Positions 21,058 through 30,660 of a DNA stretch of 64,000 nucleotides are shown here, piece after piece. Source of the stretch: Eubacteriales bacterium (GTDB lineage: Bacteria; Bacillota; Clostridia; Oscillospirales; CAG-272). The stretch covers positions 12,466 to 76,465 of the forward strand of contig JAZUQQ010000044.1 of assembly GCA_045605765.1 (NCBI GenBank). The letters run 5' to 3'. How positions within the stretch are numbered: the stretch's first letter is position 1; each line of letters starts with the position of its first letter. The position numbers and the translations under genes are program-made. Under the pieces are notes generated by a model. The model was not told the DNA's origin. It saw nothing but the letters and a program-made list of their open reading frames with translations, and did not search any database.

Positions 21058-22313
21058 CCTACGCTGCGGGCGTGTGCCGAAAGTCCTTCTTTTTCAGCGA
21101 AGGCGATAACGTCGTCTGCGACATGGGAAAGTGCGTCCTTTGTGAAATAGGTGTACTGCATCTTTTTAACGAAATCGTCTACCGACAAAGGACTTGAAAA
21201 ACGTGCCGTTCCGCTCGTCGGAAGGGTGTGGTTAGGTCCTGCGAAATAGTCGCCGAGTGCTTCGGGGCAATATCTTCCCATAAACACCGAGCCTGCATTC
21301 TTAACTCTGTCGAGAACCGAAAACGGATCGTCAAGGCAGAGCTCAAGGTGCTCGGGAGCGATGTCATTCGAAAGCTCGATTGCCTCGATAAGATCATCAG
21401 TAACGATTATTTTGCCGTTATCATCGACCGATGTGCGCGCAATCGCGGCTCTCGGAAGGAGCGGTATCATTCTTTCGAGTTCGCTCGACACCGCCTTTGC
21501 AAGATCAAGACTGTCGGTGATAAGCACTGCGGTCGAGTTCTTATCGTGCTCTGCCTGCGAGAGCATATCTGCAGCAACATAGGTGGGATTCGAGTTTTTA
21601 TCAGCAATCACGAGAATCTCGCTCGGTCCTGCGATCATATCGATCGCGACCTGTCCGTAAACCTGTCTTTTTGCCTCAGCAACGAACGCGTTGCCCGGTC
21701 CTACGATCTTATCTACCATAGGAACGCTCTCGGTTCCGTATGCAAGAGCGGCTACCGCCTGTGCTCCGCCGAGCGCAAAAACGCGGTCAACACCTGCGAC
21801 GTATGCCGCCGCGAGTATCGCGGGAGCTATTTTTCCGCCGCTTGCAGGCGAAACCATAACGATCTCGCCAACGCTTGCGATCTTTGCAGGTATTGCATTC
21901 ATAAGCACCGACGAGGGATATGCCGCCGTTCCGCCCGGAACGTAAAGTCCGACTCTAGCGAGCGGTATTACCTTTTGTCCGGTAACTACGCCGTTTTTCT
22001 CATTTATAATAAAGCTGTTTCTTACCTGTCTTTTATGAAAATTCTCGATATTTTCTGCCGCGCGGCGGAGAATTCCGACAAACTCCTCGCCGACCTCTTC
22101 CACCGCACGTTCGATCTCCTGTCTTGAAACCTCTATTGAGCTAAGCTTTGCGCGGTCGAAGCGCTCTGTGTACTCATAGAGTGCCGCGTCCCCTCTTTTT
22201 CGCACGTTTGCAATTATATCACTGACAATATCCTCGACACCCGACGCAGAAAGAGAACGGTTGAAGAGCGTCCTTTTGTCAATGTTTTTTATATCCTCAA
22301 ATATTTTTATCAT
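21039..22313 (-). CDS. hisD: Histidinol dehydrogenase
   Basis: GLYVPGG, GPGNAFV, DMIAGPSE, QAEHD, APEHLEL, GPNHTLPT. Confidence 0.97.
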   Translation of the reverse strand: MIKIFEDIKNIDKRTLFNRSLSASGVEDIVSDIIANVRKRGDAALYEYTERFDRAKLSSIEVSRQEIERAVEEVGEEFVGILRRAAENIENFHKRQVRNSFIINEKNGVVTGQKVIPLARVGLYVPGGTAAYPSSVLMNAIPAKIASVGEIVMVSPASGGKIAPAILAAAYVAGVDRVFALGGAQAVAALAYGTESVPMVDKIVGPGNAFVAEAKRQVYGQVAIDMIAGPSEILVIADKNSNPTYVAADMLSQAEHDKNSTAVLITDSLDLAKAVSSELERMIPLLPRAAIARTSVDDNGKIIVTDDLIEAIELSNDIAPEHLELCLDDPFSVLDRVKNAGSVFMGRYCPEALGDYFAGPNHTLPTSGTARFSSPLSVDDFVKKMQYTYFTKDALSHVADDVIAFAEKEGLSAHARSVGLRALI

Positions 22314-22324
22314 CGTAAGACCTC

Positions 22325-22954
22325 TTATTTTACTATCTCGGCAAGCGAGGAATATATCTTCTCGATTGCCTCGTTCTTGAACTTGAAGCTCGCCTTGTTT
22401 GCGATCAGACGCGCGCTTATATCAACTATTTTTTCGAACGGAGCAAGATGGTTTTCGTAAAGCGTCTTGCCTGTTTCGACGATGTCGACGATAACGTCCG
22501 AAAGTCCGAGAATGGGCGCTAGCTCTATCGAGCCGTTGAGCGAGATTATATCTATCTCTCTGCGCTGTCTGTCGTAGTATCCGCGAGCAATATTTGGAAA
22601 TTTCGTAGCAACGCGGAGAGTTTTGTCGGGATCTGCACGGTAGTCCTCCATAGCAGCGACCATCATTCGGCAAACTCCGACGTTCAGATCGAGAAGCTCA
22701 TAAACGTCAGGAGAGTATTCGAGCAGGATATCCTTGCCTGCGACTCCGATGTCGGCGGCTCCTCTCTCAACGTAGATCGAAACGTCAGACGGCTTTACCC
22801 AGAAATATCTGACTCCGACCTCGGGATTTTCATATATAAGCTTTCTGTTTTGCTCCTTGATCGAAGGACAGGGGTATCCCGCCGCCTCGAACATAGCGTA
22901 AACCTTTTCTCCAAGCCTCCCCTTGGGAAGTGCTATATTTACAAAATCAGACAT
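22325..22954 (-). CDS. hisG: ATP phosphoribosyltransferase, short form
   Basis: ALPKGRL, ATKFP, GSIELAP, DIVETGKTL; no C-terminal regulatory domain, consistent with adjacent hisZ. Confidence 0.95.
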   Translation of the reverse strand: MSDFVNIALPKGRLGEKVYAMFEAAGYPCPSIKEQNRKLIYENPEVGVRYFWVKPSDVSIYVERGAADIGVAGKDILLEYSPDVYELLDLNVGVCRMMVAAMEDYRADPDKTLRVATKFPNIARGYYDRQRREIDIISLNGSIELAPILGLSDVIVDIVETGKTLYENHLAPFEKIVDISARLIANKASFKFKNEAIEKIYSSLAEIVK

Positions 22955-22958
22955 CTTC

Positions 22959-24083
22959 TCATTCTCCAAGCTTTCTTATATCAACGACCTTCGAGCATCT
23001 TATTTCGCTCGGCTTTTCCCTGCCAGACATCACGCTTTCTCCGTTTGCGCTCAGCTTCCTTACCGCGTCAAATATTTCGGCGGGCGTGTTATTTTCCCCG
23101 TAAATAAGGAAAATATCGGCATCGTTATCGGCGCTTCTCTCGTCAAGACGTTCGAGCAGATCGAGATATACGGCAAAGCCGATAGCTTCGCCCTCACGTC
23201 CCATCTTTGACAGCAGACTGTCGTATCTTCCACCCGAAAGCACTCTGGTCGGGATCTTATCTATAAATCCTCTGAATGCTATTCCGCTGTAATAGTGCAT
23301 ATCGTTTATGCCCGAAAAATCTATCCAGACCTTGGACGCTTCTCCGCTCTTTTTGAGGGTTTCGCAGATAAACGTGAGCTCGGCAAGAGCCTGCTTTGCT
23401 CTGTCAGTCAGACATATTTCGGGAAGAAAAGGAAGGACGTCCTCTATTTTTCCGTAAGCAGAAACGAGCTTTGCAAATCTTTCTTTGAGCTCCTCGGAAA
23501 CACCTGCCTCTTCGCAAACGCTTGCCACGCCCGTGCGGTTTTTCTCTCCGATGCAGGAAAGCATCTTCACCTTGAGCGCACTCGAAAGTCCTGCCTCATC
23601 AAGAAGCGCAGAAAGAATTCCCATATGAGAAATATCAAGTATGTAATTATCGCTTATCTCTGCAAGACTGCGCGTTGCAAGCATAATGACCTCGCATACG
23701 TTATAGCTGTCAAGCTTTCCGAAGCATTCGAGTCCGGTCTGCATTATCTCTGCAAAATCCCCGTGTCCGCCGACCGCGGATGCGCGGTAAACGGTCTCGT
23801 TATAATAGATTTTATTTACTCCCATAGGAGATTCGGGCGTGTTCTTGATTATCGAAAGAGTTACGTCCGGTTTGAGAGCGAGGAGCTTGCCACTCTCTCC
23901 CGTAAAGGTGATAACTCTGTCACTCACGAGAAAGTCCTTATTACGAACGTAAAGGTCGTACTCCTCGAACTTACTCATCTTGTACGGCTTATAGCCGAAG
24001 GCTCTGTAAAGTCCGCGCAGAGAAAGCGACACCCTCTCCTGAGCTTTGAATATATTTTCGTTTGTACGGATAATACCGTCCAT
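22959..24083 (-). CDS. hisZ: ATP phosphoribosyltransferase regulatory subunit
   Basis: LKPDVTLSI, QTGLE, YYSGIAF, GGRYD (HisRS-like fold); first gene of his operon. Confidence 0.93.
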   Translation of the reverse strand: MDGIIRTNENIFKAQERVSLSLRGLYRAFGYKPYKMSKFEEYDLYVRNKDFLVSDRVITFTGESGKLLALKPDVTLSIIKNTPESPMGVNKIYYNETVYRASAVGGHGDFAEIMQTGLECFGKLDSYNVCEVIMLATRSLAEISDNYILDISHMGILSALLDEAGLSSALKVKMLSCIGEKNRTGVASVCEEAGVSEELKERFAKLVSAYGKIEDVLPFLPEICLTDRAKQALAELTFICETLKKSGEASKVWIDFSGINDMHYYSGIAFRGFIDKIPTRVLSGGRYDSLLSKMGREGEAIGFAVYLDLLERLDERSADNDADIFLIYGENNTPAEIFDAVRKLSANGESVMSGREKPSEIRCSKVVDIRKLGE

Positions 24084-24121
24084 TTTATTATCTGCCTTTC
24101 GCTTTTGTCTTTGATATTGGT

Positions 24122-24150
24122 ATTTTATCACTTTAAAGCGATAAAGTCAA
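24122..24150 (-). promoter_or_regulatory. his operon promoter with overlapping HisR-type operator
   Basis: Minus strand TTGACT-17 nt-TAAAAT with TGn extension; ACTTTA-N6-TAAAGT palindrome at 24130-24147 overlapping -35 and spacer. Confidence 0.75.
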
Positions 24151-24231
24151 TATGAATATTATACAAATTTTGAGCATTTTATATGTGAATTCATATAAAA
24201 CTCATAAAATCGGTAGGCTTTTCCGAAAATC

Positions 24232-24660
24232 CTACGCGTTCTCGCCCGATGCCGCGCTCTCGCAGTAGATACAGCGGTACTCTGCCTCATCTCTGTCTGT
24301 AAGGACGAATATCTGAGGAAGCTCCTGCTCCACGGTGGTTATGCATCTGGGGTTACGGCAAGCGACCACGTTCACAAGCCTTTCGGGCAGGGACGCCTTT
24401 TTCTTTTCGACAAGAATACCATCCCTAATTATATTTATAGTGGCGCCTGGGGTGATGTATCCGAGCATATCGGTATCAAGACTTATCGACTCGGCAATTT
24501 TAATGATGTCCTTTTTGCCCATTTTCGAGCTTGCGGCGTTCTTTATAATGGCGATGTGGCAATCGAACTTGTCAAGTCCGAGAAGACTATATACTTCCAT
24601 ACCCTTGCCCGCTCTTATATGGTCTATAACTATTCCGTTTTTGATAGAATCTATATTCAT
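24232..24660 (-). CDS. pyrI: Aspartate carbamoyltransferase regulatory chain
   Basis: IKNGIVIDHI, KDIIKI, CRNPRCIT and CIYC zinc ligands. Confidence 0.95.
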   Translation of the reverse strand: MNIDSIKNGIVIDHIRAGKGMEVYSLLGLDKFDCHIAIIKNAASSKMGKKDIIKIAESISLDTDMLGYITPGATINIIRDGILVEKKKASLPERLVNVVACRNPRCITTVEQELPQIFVLTDRDEAEYRCIYCESAASGENA

Positions 24661-25577
24661 TATTTATCTGCCTCCGAAAGAAGTTTGAGTATAAGCGCCA
24701 TTCTCATATATTTTCCGTTAAGAACCTGCTTGAAGTAGCACGCTCTCGGATCCTTGTCCACCGCAACGCTTATTTCGTTTACGCGCGGAAGGGGATGCAT
24801 TACTATCATATCGCTCTTTGCGGGAGCAAGCTTTTCGGGAGTGAGGATATAACTGTCTTTAAGTCTAAGATATTCCTCCTCGTTAAAGAATCTCTCCTGC
24901 TGAACTCTCGTCATATAGAGTATATCAAGCTCGGGCATTACCGACATAAGATCGGAAGTCTGCTTATAGGGAACTCCGTTTTTGTCAAGTTCTTTCGTGA
25001 CGTATTCGGGAACTCTCAGCTCGTCGGGAGAAACAAGGACGAATTTTACGCCCTTGTACCTTTCCATTGCCGCGATGAGCGAATGAACCGTTCTGCCGAA
25101 TTTGAGATCCCCGCAAAATCCTACGGTAAGGTTTTCAAAGGTTCCCTTTTCTCTCGAAATCGTGAGCAGGTCGGCAAGAGTCTGCGTGGGGTGATTGTGT
25201 CCACCGTCACCCGCGTTTATAACGGGAATGCTCGCGTTCATCGCCGCCACAAGAGGCGCACCTTCCTTCGGGTGGCGCATTGCAATTATATCCGCATAGC
25301 AGGATATTACCTGCGCTGTATCTGCAACGCTTTCGCCCTTTGCGGCAGAGCTTGAAGCCGCACTTGCCATACTGAGAACGTTTCCGCCAAGCTCGTACAT
25401 TGCCGCCTCAAATGAAAGACGGGTACGTGTGGACGGCTCGAAAAAGAGGGTCGCAAGCTTTTTGCCCTCGCATTTGTGCGCGTATTTTTCAGGGTTTGCG
25501 ATAATGTCCTTAGCAACAGAAACAAGCTCGTCTATTTCCGAGACCGAAAGCTCCTTTATGTCTATAACACTTCTCAT
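24660..25577 (-). CDS. pyrB: Aspartate carbamoyltransferase catalytic chain
   Basis: [33 protein letters not shown]. Confidence 0.97.
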   Translation of the reverse strand: MRSVIDIKELSVSEIDELVSVAKDIIANPEKYAHKCEGKKLATLFFEPSTRTRLSFEAAMYELGGNVLSMASAASSSAAKGESVADTAQVISCYADIIAMRHPKEGAPLVAAMNASIPVINAGDGGHNHPTQTLADLLTISREKGTFENLTVGFCGDLKFGRTVHSLIAAMERYKGVKFVLVSPDELRVPEYVTKELDKNGVPYKQTSDLMSVMPELDILYMTRVQQERFFNEEEYLRLKDSYILTPEKLAPAKSDMIVMHPLPRVNEISVAVDKDPRACYFKQVLNGKYMRMALILKLLSEADK

Positions 25578-25627
25578 TTTGTGACCTTACCTTTCGTTTT
25601 ATTGTAAAAGCGTGATTTTATTTCCTA

Positions 25628-26281
25628 TTATCTGGCACCATTCACTGCCAGATAATTCTTGATGCGCTCTACATTTTCTTTGTTCGACTCATCCTCTTCG
25701 AGGTACTCGATGATGTCGTAAACGTCAACTATCGAATATACAGGGAAGCCGAAGCTGTCTTCTATCTCCTGCATCGCGCCCTTCTCGGTCTGACCTTTTT
25801 CCTTACGGTCAACCATTATAAAGGTTGCGGCAACCTTCGTTCCTTCAAGGCGAGAAAGTATCTCCATACTCTCACGGATAGCCGTTCCTGCCGTGATAAC
25901 GTCCTCGATAATGACGATCTCCTCGCCGGCGGTGGGTACGTATCCGACGAAAACTCCGCCCTCGCCGTGATCCTTTACCTCTTTACGGTTAAAGAAGAAG
26001 GGAACGTTGAGGTGTTTTTTCGACAGCGCGACTGCCGCCGATACCGCGAGCGAAATGCCCTTGTATGCAGGTCCGTAAAGGACCGCCTTCTTTGCGCCGA
26101 GCTTTTCAAAGTACGCCTTTGCGTAGAACTCGCCGAGCTTTGCGATGTCATCGCCCGTCTTTATCATTCCCGCATTGATGAAATAGGGTATCTTTCTGCC
26201 GCTTTTTGCGGTAAAATCTCCGAATTTGAGCACTCCCGCGCTCTCTAAAAATTGTATAAACTCTCTCTTGTAGCCTTCCAT
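25628..26281 (-). CDS. pyrE: Orotate phosphoribosyltransferase
   Basis: FGDFTAKSGR, GPAYKGI, RKEVKDHGEGG, IEDVITAGTA. Confidence 0.96.
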   Translation of the reverse strand: MEGYKREFIQFLESAGVLKFGDFTAKSGRKIPYFINAGMIKTGDDIAKLGEFYAKAYFEKLGAKKAVLYGPAYKGISLAVSAAVALSKKHLNVPFFFNRKEVKDHGEGGVFVGYVPTAGEEIVIIEDVITAGTAIRESMEILSRLEGTKVAATFIMVDRKEKGQTEKGAMQEIEDSFGFPVYSIVDVYDIIEYLEEDESNKENVERIKNYLAVNGAR

Positions 26282-26314
26282 TTTATATTCCTCCGTTTAA
26301 ATATGTAATCCTGC

Positions 26315-28006
26315 TCATGCGTCCGTTTTCTGCGAACCTGTGGGGTTGAGTATGCTGTATCCGACGTTTACAAGGTGGTCTGCAACTCTTTCAAGTCCAA
26401 CGACCGCACTTGAAAAATAAGGACTGTGGTCAACCGAGCAGTGACCGTCAGCAAGGCGGGCAAAGTGGCTTGCGCTAAGCGCGCGCTTCATTTCATCGGT
26501 CTCCTCTTCAAGAGAGGTCAGCTCGGCAAGACGCTCGCTGTTAAGATTTTCAAACGCGTCCTTCGAGATATCGAACATCTTTTCAACGGTAGAGCAAAGC
26601 TCGGAAAGCTCCTTTACTGCCTCGTCCGAGAAGGTAAGCTCTTTTTCCTGCATTTCCGCGCCTATCTCGTAGAAGTTTTCGGCGTGGTCGCCTATTCTTT
26701 CAAGGTCGTTAAGCACGTGGAAGTACGAGCCGATCGCCGTTTCCTCACTTGCGCCGTTAACCTCACCCGAAAGCTTTATAAGGAATCTTGTAAGTGCTCC
26801 GTTGGTAAAGTCGATAATCGCTTCATTTTCTATTATCTTCTCTTTGCCTACACCGCTTCCGCTGCGCAGAGATTCAAAGGAAAGCACCGTGTTTTCATAG
26901 GCAAGGCTAAGCATATAATCCATTTCCTTCTTAACCTGACCGAGTGCGACAGAGGGAACTGCAAGCATATGCTCGTCCACGAATTTAAGAGAGCGTGTTT
27001 TCTGTGCATTTTTCTTGTCTTTGATAACAAGCTTTGAGAATCCAACGAGCTGTTTTACGAAGGGAAGCATTATAAGCGAGTTTGTAACGTTAAATATAAC
27101 GTGGAAGAGGGATACTCTCAGTTGTACCGACATAACGTCGTTGTCGTTAGGGAATATCGTGGTAAGAAATGTTACCATTTCGTCCTTGAATATCCACATA
27201 GTTGCGGTAAACAGCACCGCACCGACGGCGTTGAAGGTGAAGTGGATAAGAGCGACTCGCTTTGCATCAGTCTTTCCGCCCACAGCCGCAAGAAGTGCGG
27301 TCACGCAGGTGCCGACGTTGGCGCCGATAACCAGGAAAATGGCAAGATTAAGATTGATAGCGCCTGCTCCGACCATAGTGATGATAACACCCGTAGCGGC
27401 GGACGAGGACTGAATTAGCGCAGTAAAGAATACTCCGATAAACACGAGAAGAAGGGGCGCAATACCGCGAACACCGGGCGACATAACCGCCTCAGATGCC
27501 TTCTGGAACATATCGAGAACCTCTGCGCTTCTGAACGCCTGTTCAGATCCCATTATTTCAAGACCCACGAATATAAGTCCGAGACCGCCGATAAGACTGC
27601 CGAGCAGCTTTACCTTTTCCTTTTTGGCAAAGCCCATCATTATACCCGCGAAGGCAAAGAGGTACATCGCCATATTGAAATAGTCGTTTTTAAGAGAAAC
27701 GAGAAGTCCGGTTACGGTAGTACCGATCTTTGCGCCGAGCAGTATCGGAGTCGCCTGCACAAGAGACATAACGCCTGCACTGACAAGACCGATCACCATT
27801 ACCGAGGTGGCAGACGAGGACTGAATAATGGCGGTAACACCCGCACCTACTGTCAGACCCGAGAAGCGATTGTTGCTGATCTTTCCGAGAAATTTCTTCA
27901 TTCCGCTTCCCGCACTTCTTTCGAGCGCGTCACCCATAAAGTTCATACCTACGATGAATACGCCGACTCCTGCGAGGAGCCATATCAAACTGCTTATAAG
28001 TGCCAT
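26315..28006 (-). CDS. Na+/phosphate cotransporter family protein with C-terminal PhoU domains
   Basis: Two QSSSA motifs, GAKIGT/GANVGT, DLERIGDHA and LERVADH. Confidence 0.93.
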   Translation of the reverse strand: MALISSLIWLLAGVGVFIVGMNFMGDALERSAGSGMKKFLGKISNNRFSGLTVGAGVTAIIQSSSATSVMVIGLVSAGVMSLVQATPILLGAKIGTTVTGLLVSLKNDYFNMAMYLFAFAGIMMGFAKKEKVKLLGSLIGGLGLIFVGLEIMGSEQAFRSAEVLDMFQKASEAVMSPGVRGIAPLLLVFIGVFFTALIQSSSAATGVIITMVGAGAINLNLAIFLVIGANVGTCVTALLAAVGGKTDAKRVALIHFTFNAVGAVLFTATMWIFKDEMVTFLTTIFPNDNDVMSVQLRVSLFHVIFNVTNSLIMLPFVKQLVGFSKLVIKDKKNAQKTRSLKFVDEHMLAVPSVALGQVKKEMDYMLSLAYENTVLSFESLRSGSGVGKEKIIENEAIIDFTNGALTRFLIKLSGEVNGASEETAIGSYFHVLNDLERIGDHAENFYEIGAEMQEKELTFSDEAVKELSELCSTVEKMFDISKDAFENLNSERLAELTSLEEETDEMKRALSASHFARLADGHCSVDHSPYFSSAVVGLERVADHLVNVGYSILNPTGSQKTDA

Positions 28007-28074
28007 ATAATTTCCTTTCTTTTATGACGTCTGTTCTTCCTTGTGTTCTTTTAAAACCAAGTATATTCTTTTGT

Positions 28075-28151
28075 TTTTAAAGTTTTTGAGGTTCTTAGGA
28101 ACTTTTTTCAAAAAGTTCCTAAGCGGGGTCCTAAGGGTCGGCGCCCCTTAG
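28075..28151. repeat. Palindromic REP/BIME-like repeat, copy E
   Basis: AAAGTTTTTG + CTTAGGAACTTTTTTCAAAAAGTTCCTAAG hairpin + GGGTCCTAAGGG...CCCTTAG module overlapping pyrF stop. Confidence 0.8.
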
Positions 28152-28846
28152 TCGCAGAACTCCTTAATGCATCTCTCATATGCGGCAACCGGATCCTCTG
28201 CTGCGGTAATCGGGCGTCCGACGACAATATAGTCAGAGCCGATCTCCTTTGCCTGTGCGGGAGTCATAACTCTCTTTTGGTCGCCGATATCTCCGTCCGC
28301 AAATCTTACGCCGGGAGTTACGGTAACAAAATCCTTGCCGCAACGGTCGTGTACCTTGCCCGCTTCAAGAGGCGAGCAAACGACGCCGTCAAGACCTGCA
28401 AGCTTCGCATTGTGAGCGTAGTGCATAACGACCTCGTCTATCGGCTCTTTTATAAGAAGATCGTTTTCCATAGACGCCTGATCAGTAGAAGTAAGCTGAG
28501 TTACCGCGATAAGCATCGGTCTCGTGCCGTCCTCGCGGGTGAGTCCTTCGATAGCCGCCTCCATCATGCGGACAGTTCCGCCCGCGTGAAGATTAGTCAT
28601 ATCAACGTCAAGGCGAGAAAGGACTGCCATAGCCTTTTTTACCGTGTTGGGTATATCGTGAAGTTTAAGGTCGAGGAATATCTTATGTCCTCTTTTCTTT
28701 ATTTCCTTTACTATCGAGGGTCCCTCTGCGTAGTAAAGCTCCATTCCTATCTTGACAAACGGCTTTCTTCCCGTGAATTTATCAAGAAATGCAAATGTTT
28801 TTTCCGCGCTGTCAAAGTCACACGCGATGATTACGTCTTTTCCCAT
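28148..28846 (-). CDS. pyrF: Orotidine-5'-phosphate decarboxylase
   Basis: [28 protein letters not shown]. Confidence 0.97.
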   Translation of the reverse strand: MGKDVIIACDFDSAEKTFAFLDKFTGRKPFVKIGMELYYAEGPSIVKEIKKRGHKIFLDLKLHDIPNTVKKAMAVLSRLDVDMTNLHAGGTVRMMEAAIEGLTREDGTRPMLIAVTQLTSTDQASMENDLLIKEPIDEVVMHYAHNAKLAGLDGVVCSPLEAGKVHDRCGKDFVTVTPGVRFADGDIGDQKRVMTPAQAKEIGSDYIVVGRPITAAEDPVAAYERCIKEFCD

Positions 28847-29757
28847 TATCTTACTCCTCCTATTATATCTTTGAGATCATCTATTTTATATTTTTCCATT
28901 ACGCGAGGAAGCTCCTCGATAATGTCTCTACACGCATAAGGGTTTATAAGGTTTGCCGCGCCGACCTCGACCGCGCTCGCGCCCGCGAGCATCATTTCAA
29001 CAACGTCCTCTGCGCTCGAAACGCCGCCCATTCCGACGACCGGAATTTTAACCGCGTTTGCGACCTGATATACCATTCTCACTGCCACGGGGAAGATCGC
29101 CGCGCCCGAAAATCCACCCATTTTATTGGCGATCACAGGACGTCTTGTGCGAAGGTCTATTCTCATTCCGAGTAGGGTGTTTATAAGGCTGATGCCGTCT
29201 GCGCCCGCCTCCTCGCACGCCTTTGCTATCGAAACTATATCGGTGACGTTAGGCGAAAGCTTGATTATAACAGGCTTCGTAGTGACCTTCTTTACTGCCC
29301 TCGTGACCTCTGCCGCCGCCTCGGGCGAGGTTCCGAAGGACATTCCGCCTCCGTGTACGTTGGGACAGCTCACGTTGACTTCAAGCCAGCCGACCTGCTC
29401 GCATTTATCGAGCTTTTCGCAGGTATAGACGTACTCGTCGACAGAAAATCCCGATACGTTAGCCATAACCGGCTTATTAAAGCATTTTTTAAGCTTCGGG
29501 AGCTCCTCGGAAATTACCTTTTCAACTCCCGGATTTTGCAGTCCGACAGAGTTTATCATTCCCATCGGACACTCGGCAATTCGAGGTGTGGGATTTCCGA
29601 ATCTCGGATCCTTCGTCGTTCCCTTAAAGGAAAACGTACCTAGAATATTTATGTCGTAGAGCTCGGCAAATTCGTATCCAAAGCCGTAAGTTCCGCTTGC
29701 CGGAATTATCGGGTTATCGAGCTCGATACCGCAAAGATTTACGCTCATTTTTGCCAT
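28846..29757 (-). CDS. pyrD: Dihydroorotate dehydrogenase family 1B catalytic subunit
   Basis: [38 protein letters not shown]. Confidence 0.96.
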   Translation of the reverse strand: MAKMSVNLCGIELDNPIIPASGTYGFGYEFAELYDINILGTFSFKGTTKDPRFGNPTPRIAECPMGMINSVGLQNPGVEKVISEELPKLKKCFNKPVMANVSGFSVDEYVYTCEKLDKCEQVGWLEVNVSCPNVHGGGMSFGTSPEAAAEVTRAVKKVTTKPVIIKLSPNVTDIVSIAKACEEAGADGISLINTLLGMRIDLRTRRPVIANKMGGFSGAAIFPVAVRMVYQVANAVKIPVVGMGGVSSAEDVVEMMLAGASAVEVGAANLINPYACRDIIEELPRVMEKYKIDDLKDIIGGVR

Positions 29758-30485
29758 AATATTTCCTCCCTGCAAAGAATAGGTCCGTCCTTACATATAC
29801 GTTTATATCCGGTGACCGTTTTGCACGAGCATCCCATGCAAGCGCCAAATCCGCAGCCCATTCGCTCCTCAAAGCTGAACTGCGCAGGGCAGTCAGTTGC
29901 TTTGTAAAGTGCTTTAAGCATCGGCTCGGGACCGCAGGTCATTATCGAGGAATAGTCGCCGACGCTTTCGAGTGCATCGGTAACAAAGCCCTTTATTCCC
30001 AGGCTTCCGTCTACTGTGGTTACGGTAAAGCTCACGCCGAGATTTTCAAATTCGTCTTTATAAAAGACCTCGTCCGCGCTTCCGAACCCTGCGATGACCT
30101 TGACCTTTTTCCCTGCCTTAGATAGCTCTTTTGCGAGCAGATACATCGGGGGAAGTCCGACTCCTCCGCCGACAAGCAGAGGTCTGTCTCCGCTTTTTTC
30201 AAGGTCGTAGCCGTTTCCGAGTCCTGTGAGAATATCGAGGCTTTCTCCGCCGATCATTTCGGACATCTTATCAGTTCCCTTGCCGACCACCTTATAAATA
30301 AGCGTAAGAATATTTCCTTCGACGTCGCATACCGAGATAGGTCTGCGAAGATAAAATCCGTCGAGGCGAATATTTACAAACTGTCCGGGTGCGGTAATAT
30401 GCGAGTTATCGCCCGAAAGCTTCATTTCAAACGTGTTTTTCGCAACCATTCGGTTCGAAATCACTCTAAAAATCGACTGCTTCAT
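29745..30485 (-). CDS. pyrK: Dihydroorotate dehydrogenase electron transfer subunit
   Basis: LRRPIS, GGGVG, CGPEPM, EERMGCGFGACMGC [2Fe-2S] motif. Confidence 0.96.
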   Translation of the reverse strand: MKQSIFRVISNRMVAKNTFEMKLSGDNSHITAPGQFVNIRLDGFYLRRPISVCDVEGNILTLIYKVVGKGTDKMSEMIGGESLDILTGLGNGYDLEKSGDRPLLVGGGVGLPPMYLLAKELSKAGKKVKVIAGFGSADEVFYKDEFENLGVSFTVTTVDGSLGIKGFVTDALESVGDYSSIMTCGPEPMLKALYKATDCPAQFSFEERMGCGFGACMGCSCKTVTGYKRICKDGPILCREEILWQK

Positions 30486-30495
30486 TTTTTCTTTT

Positions 30496-30660
30496 GGAAA
30501 CCCTTTTGTGAAAAGGGTTTCCTTACCCTCCTAAAACATTTTGTGAGACAACTTTTTGAAAAAAGTTTTCTCACACTCTTTCAAAAACTTTACTAAAAGG
30601 TTTTGCTTGCTTGTGTGTACTTGTCAAATAAAGTTTTTGGCGAGTCGAAAACGATCTAAG
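30496..30660. repeat. Palindromic REP/BIME-like repeat, copy F
   Basis: Hairpins at 30496-30522 and 30543-30574 (near-identical to copy D), AAAGTTTTTGG module next to carB stop. Confidence 0.8.
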
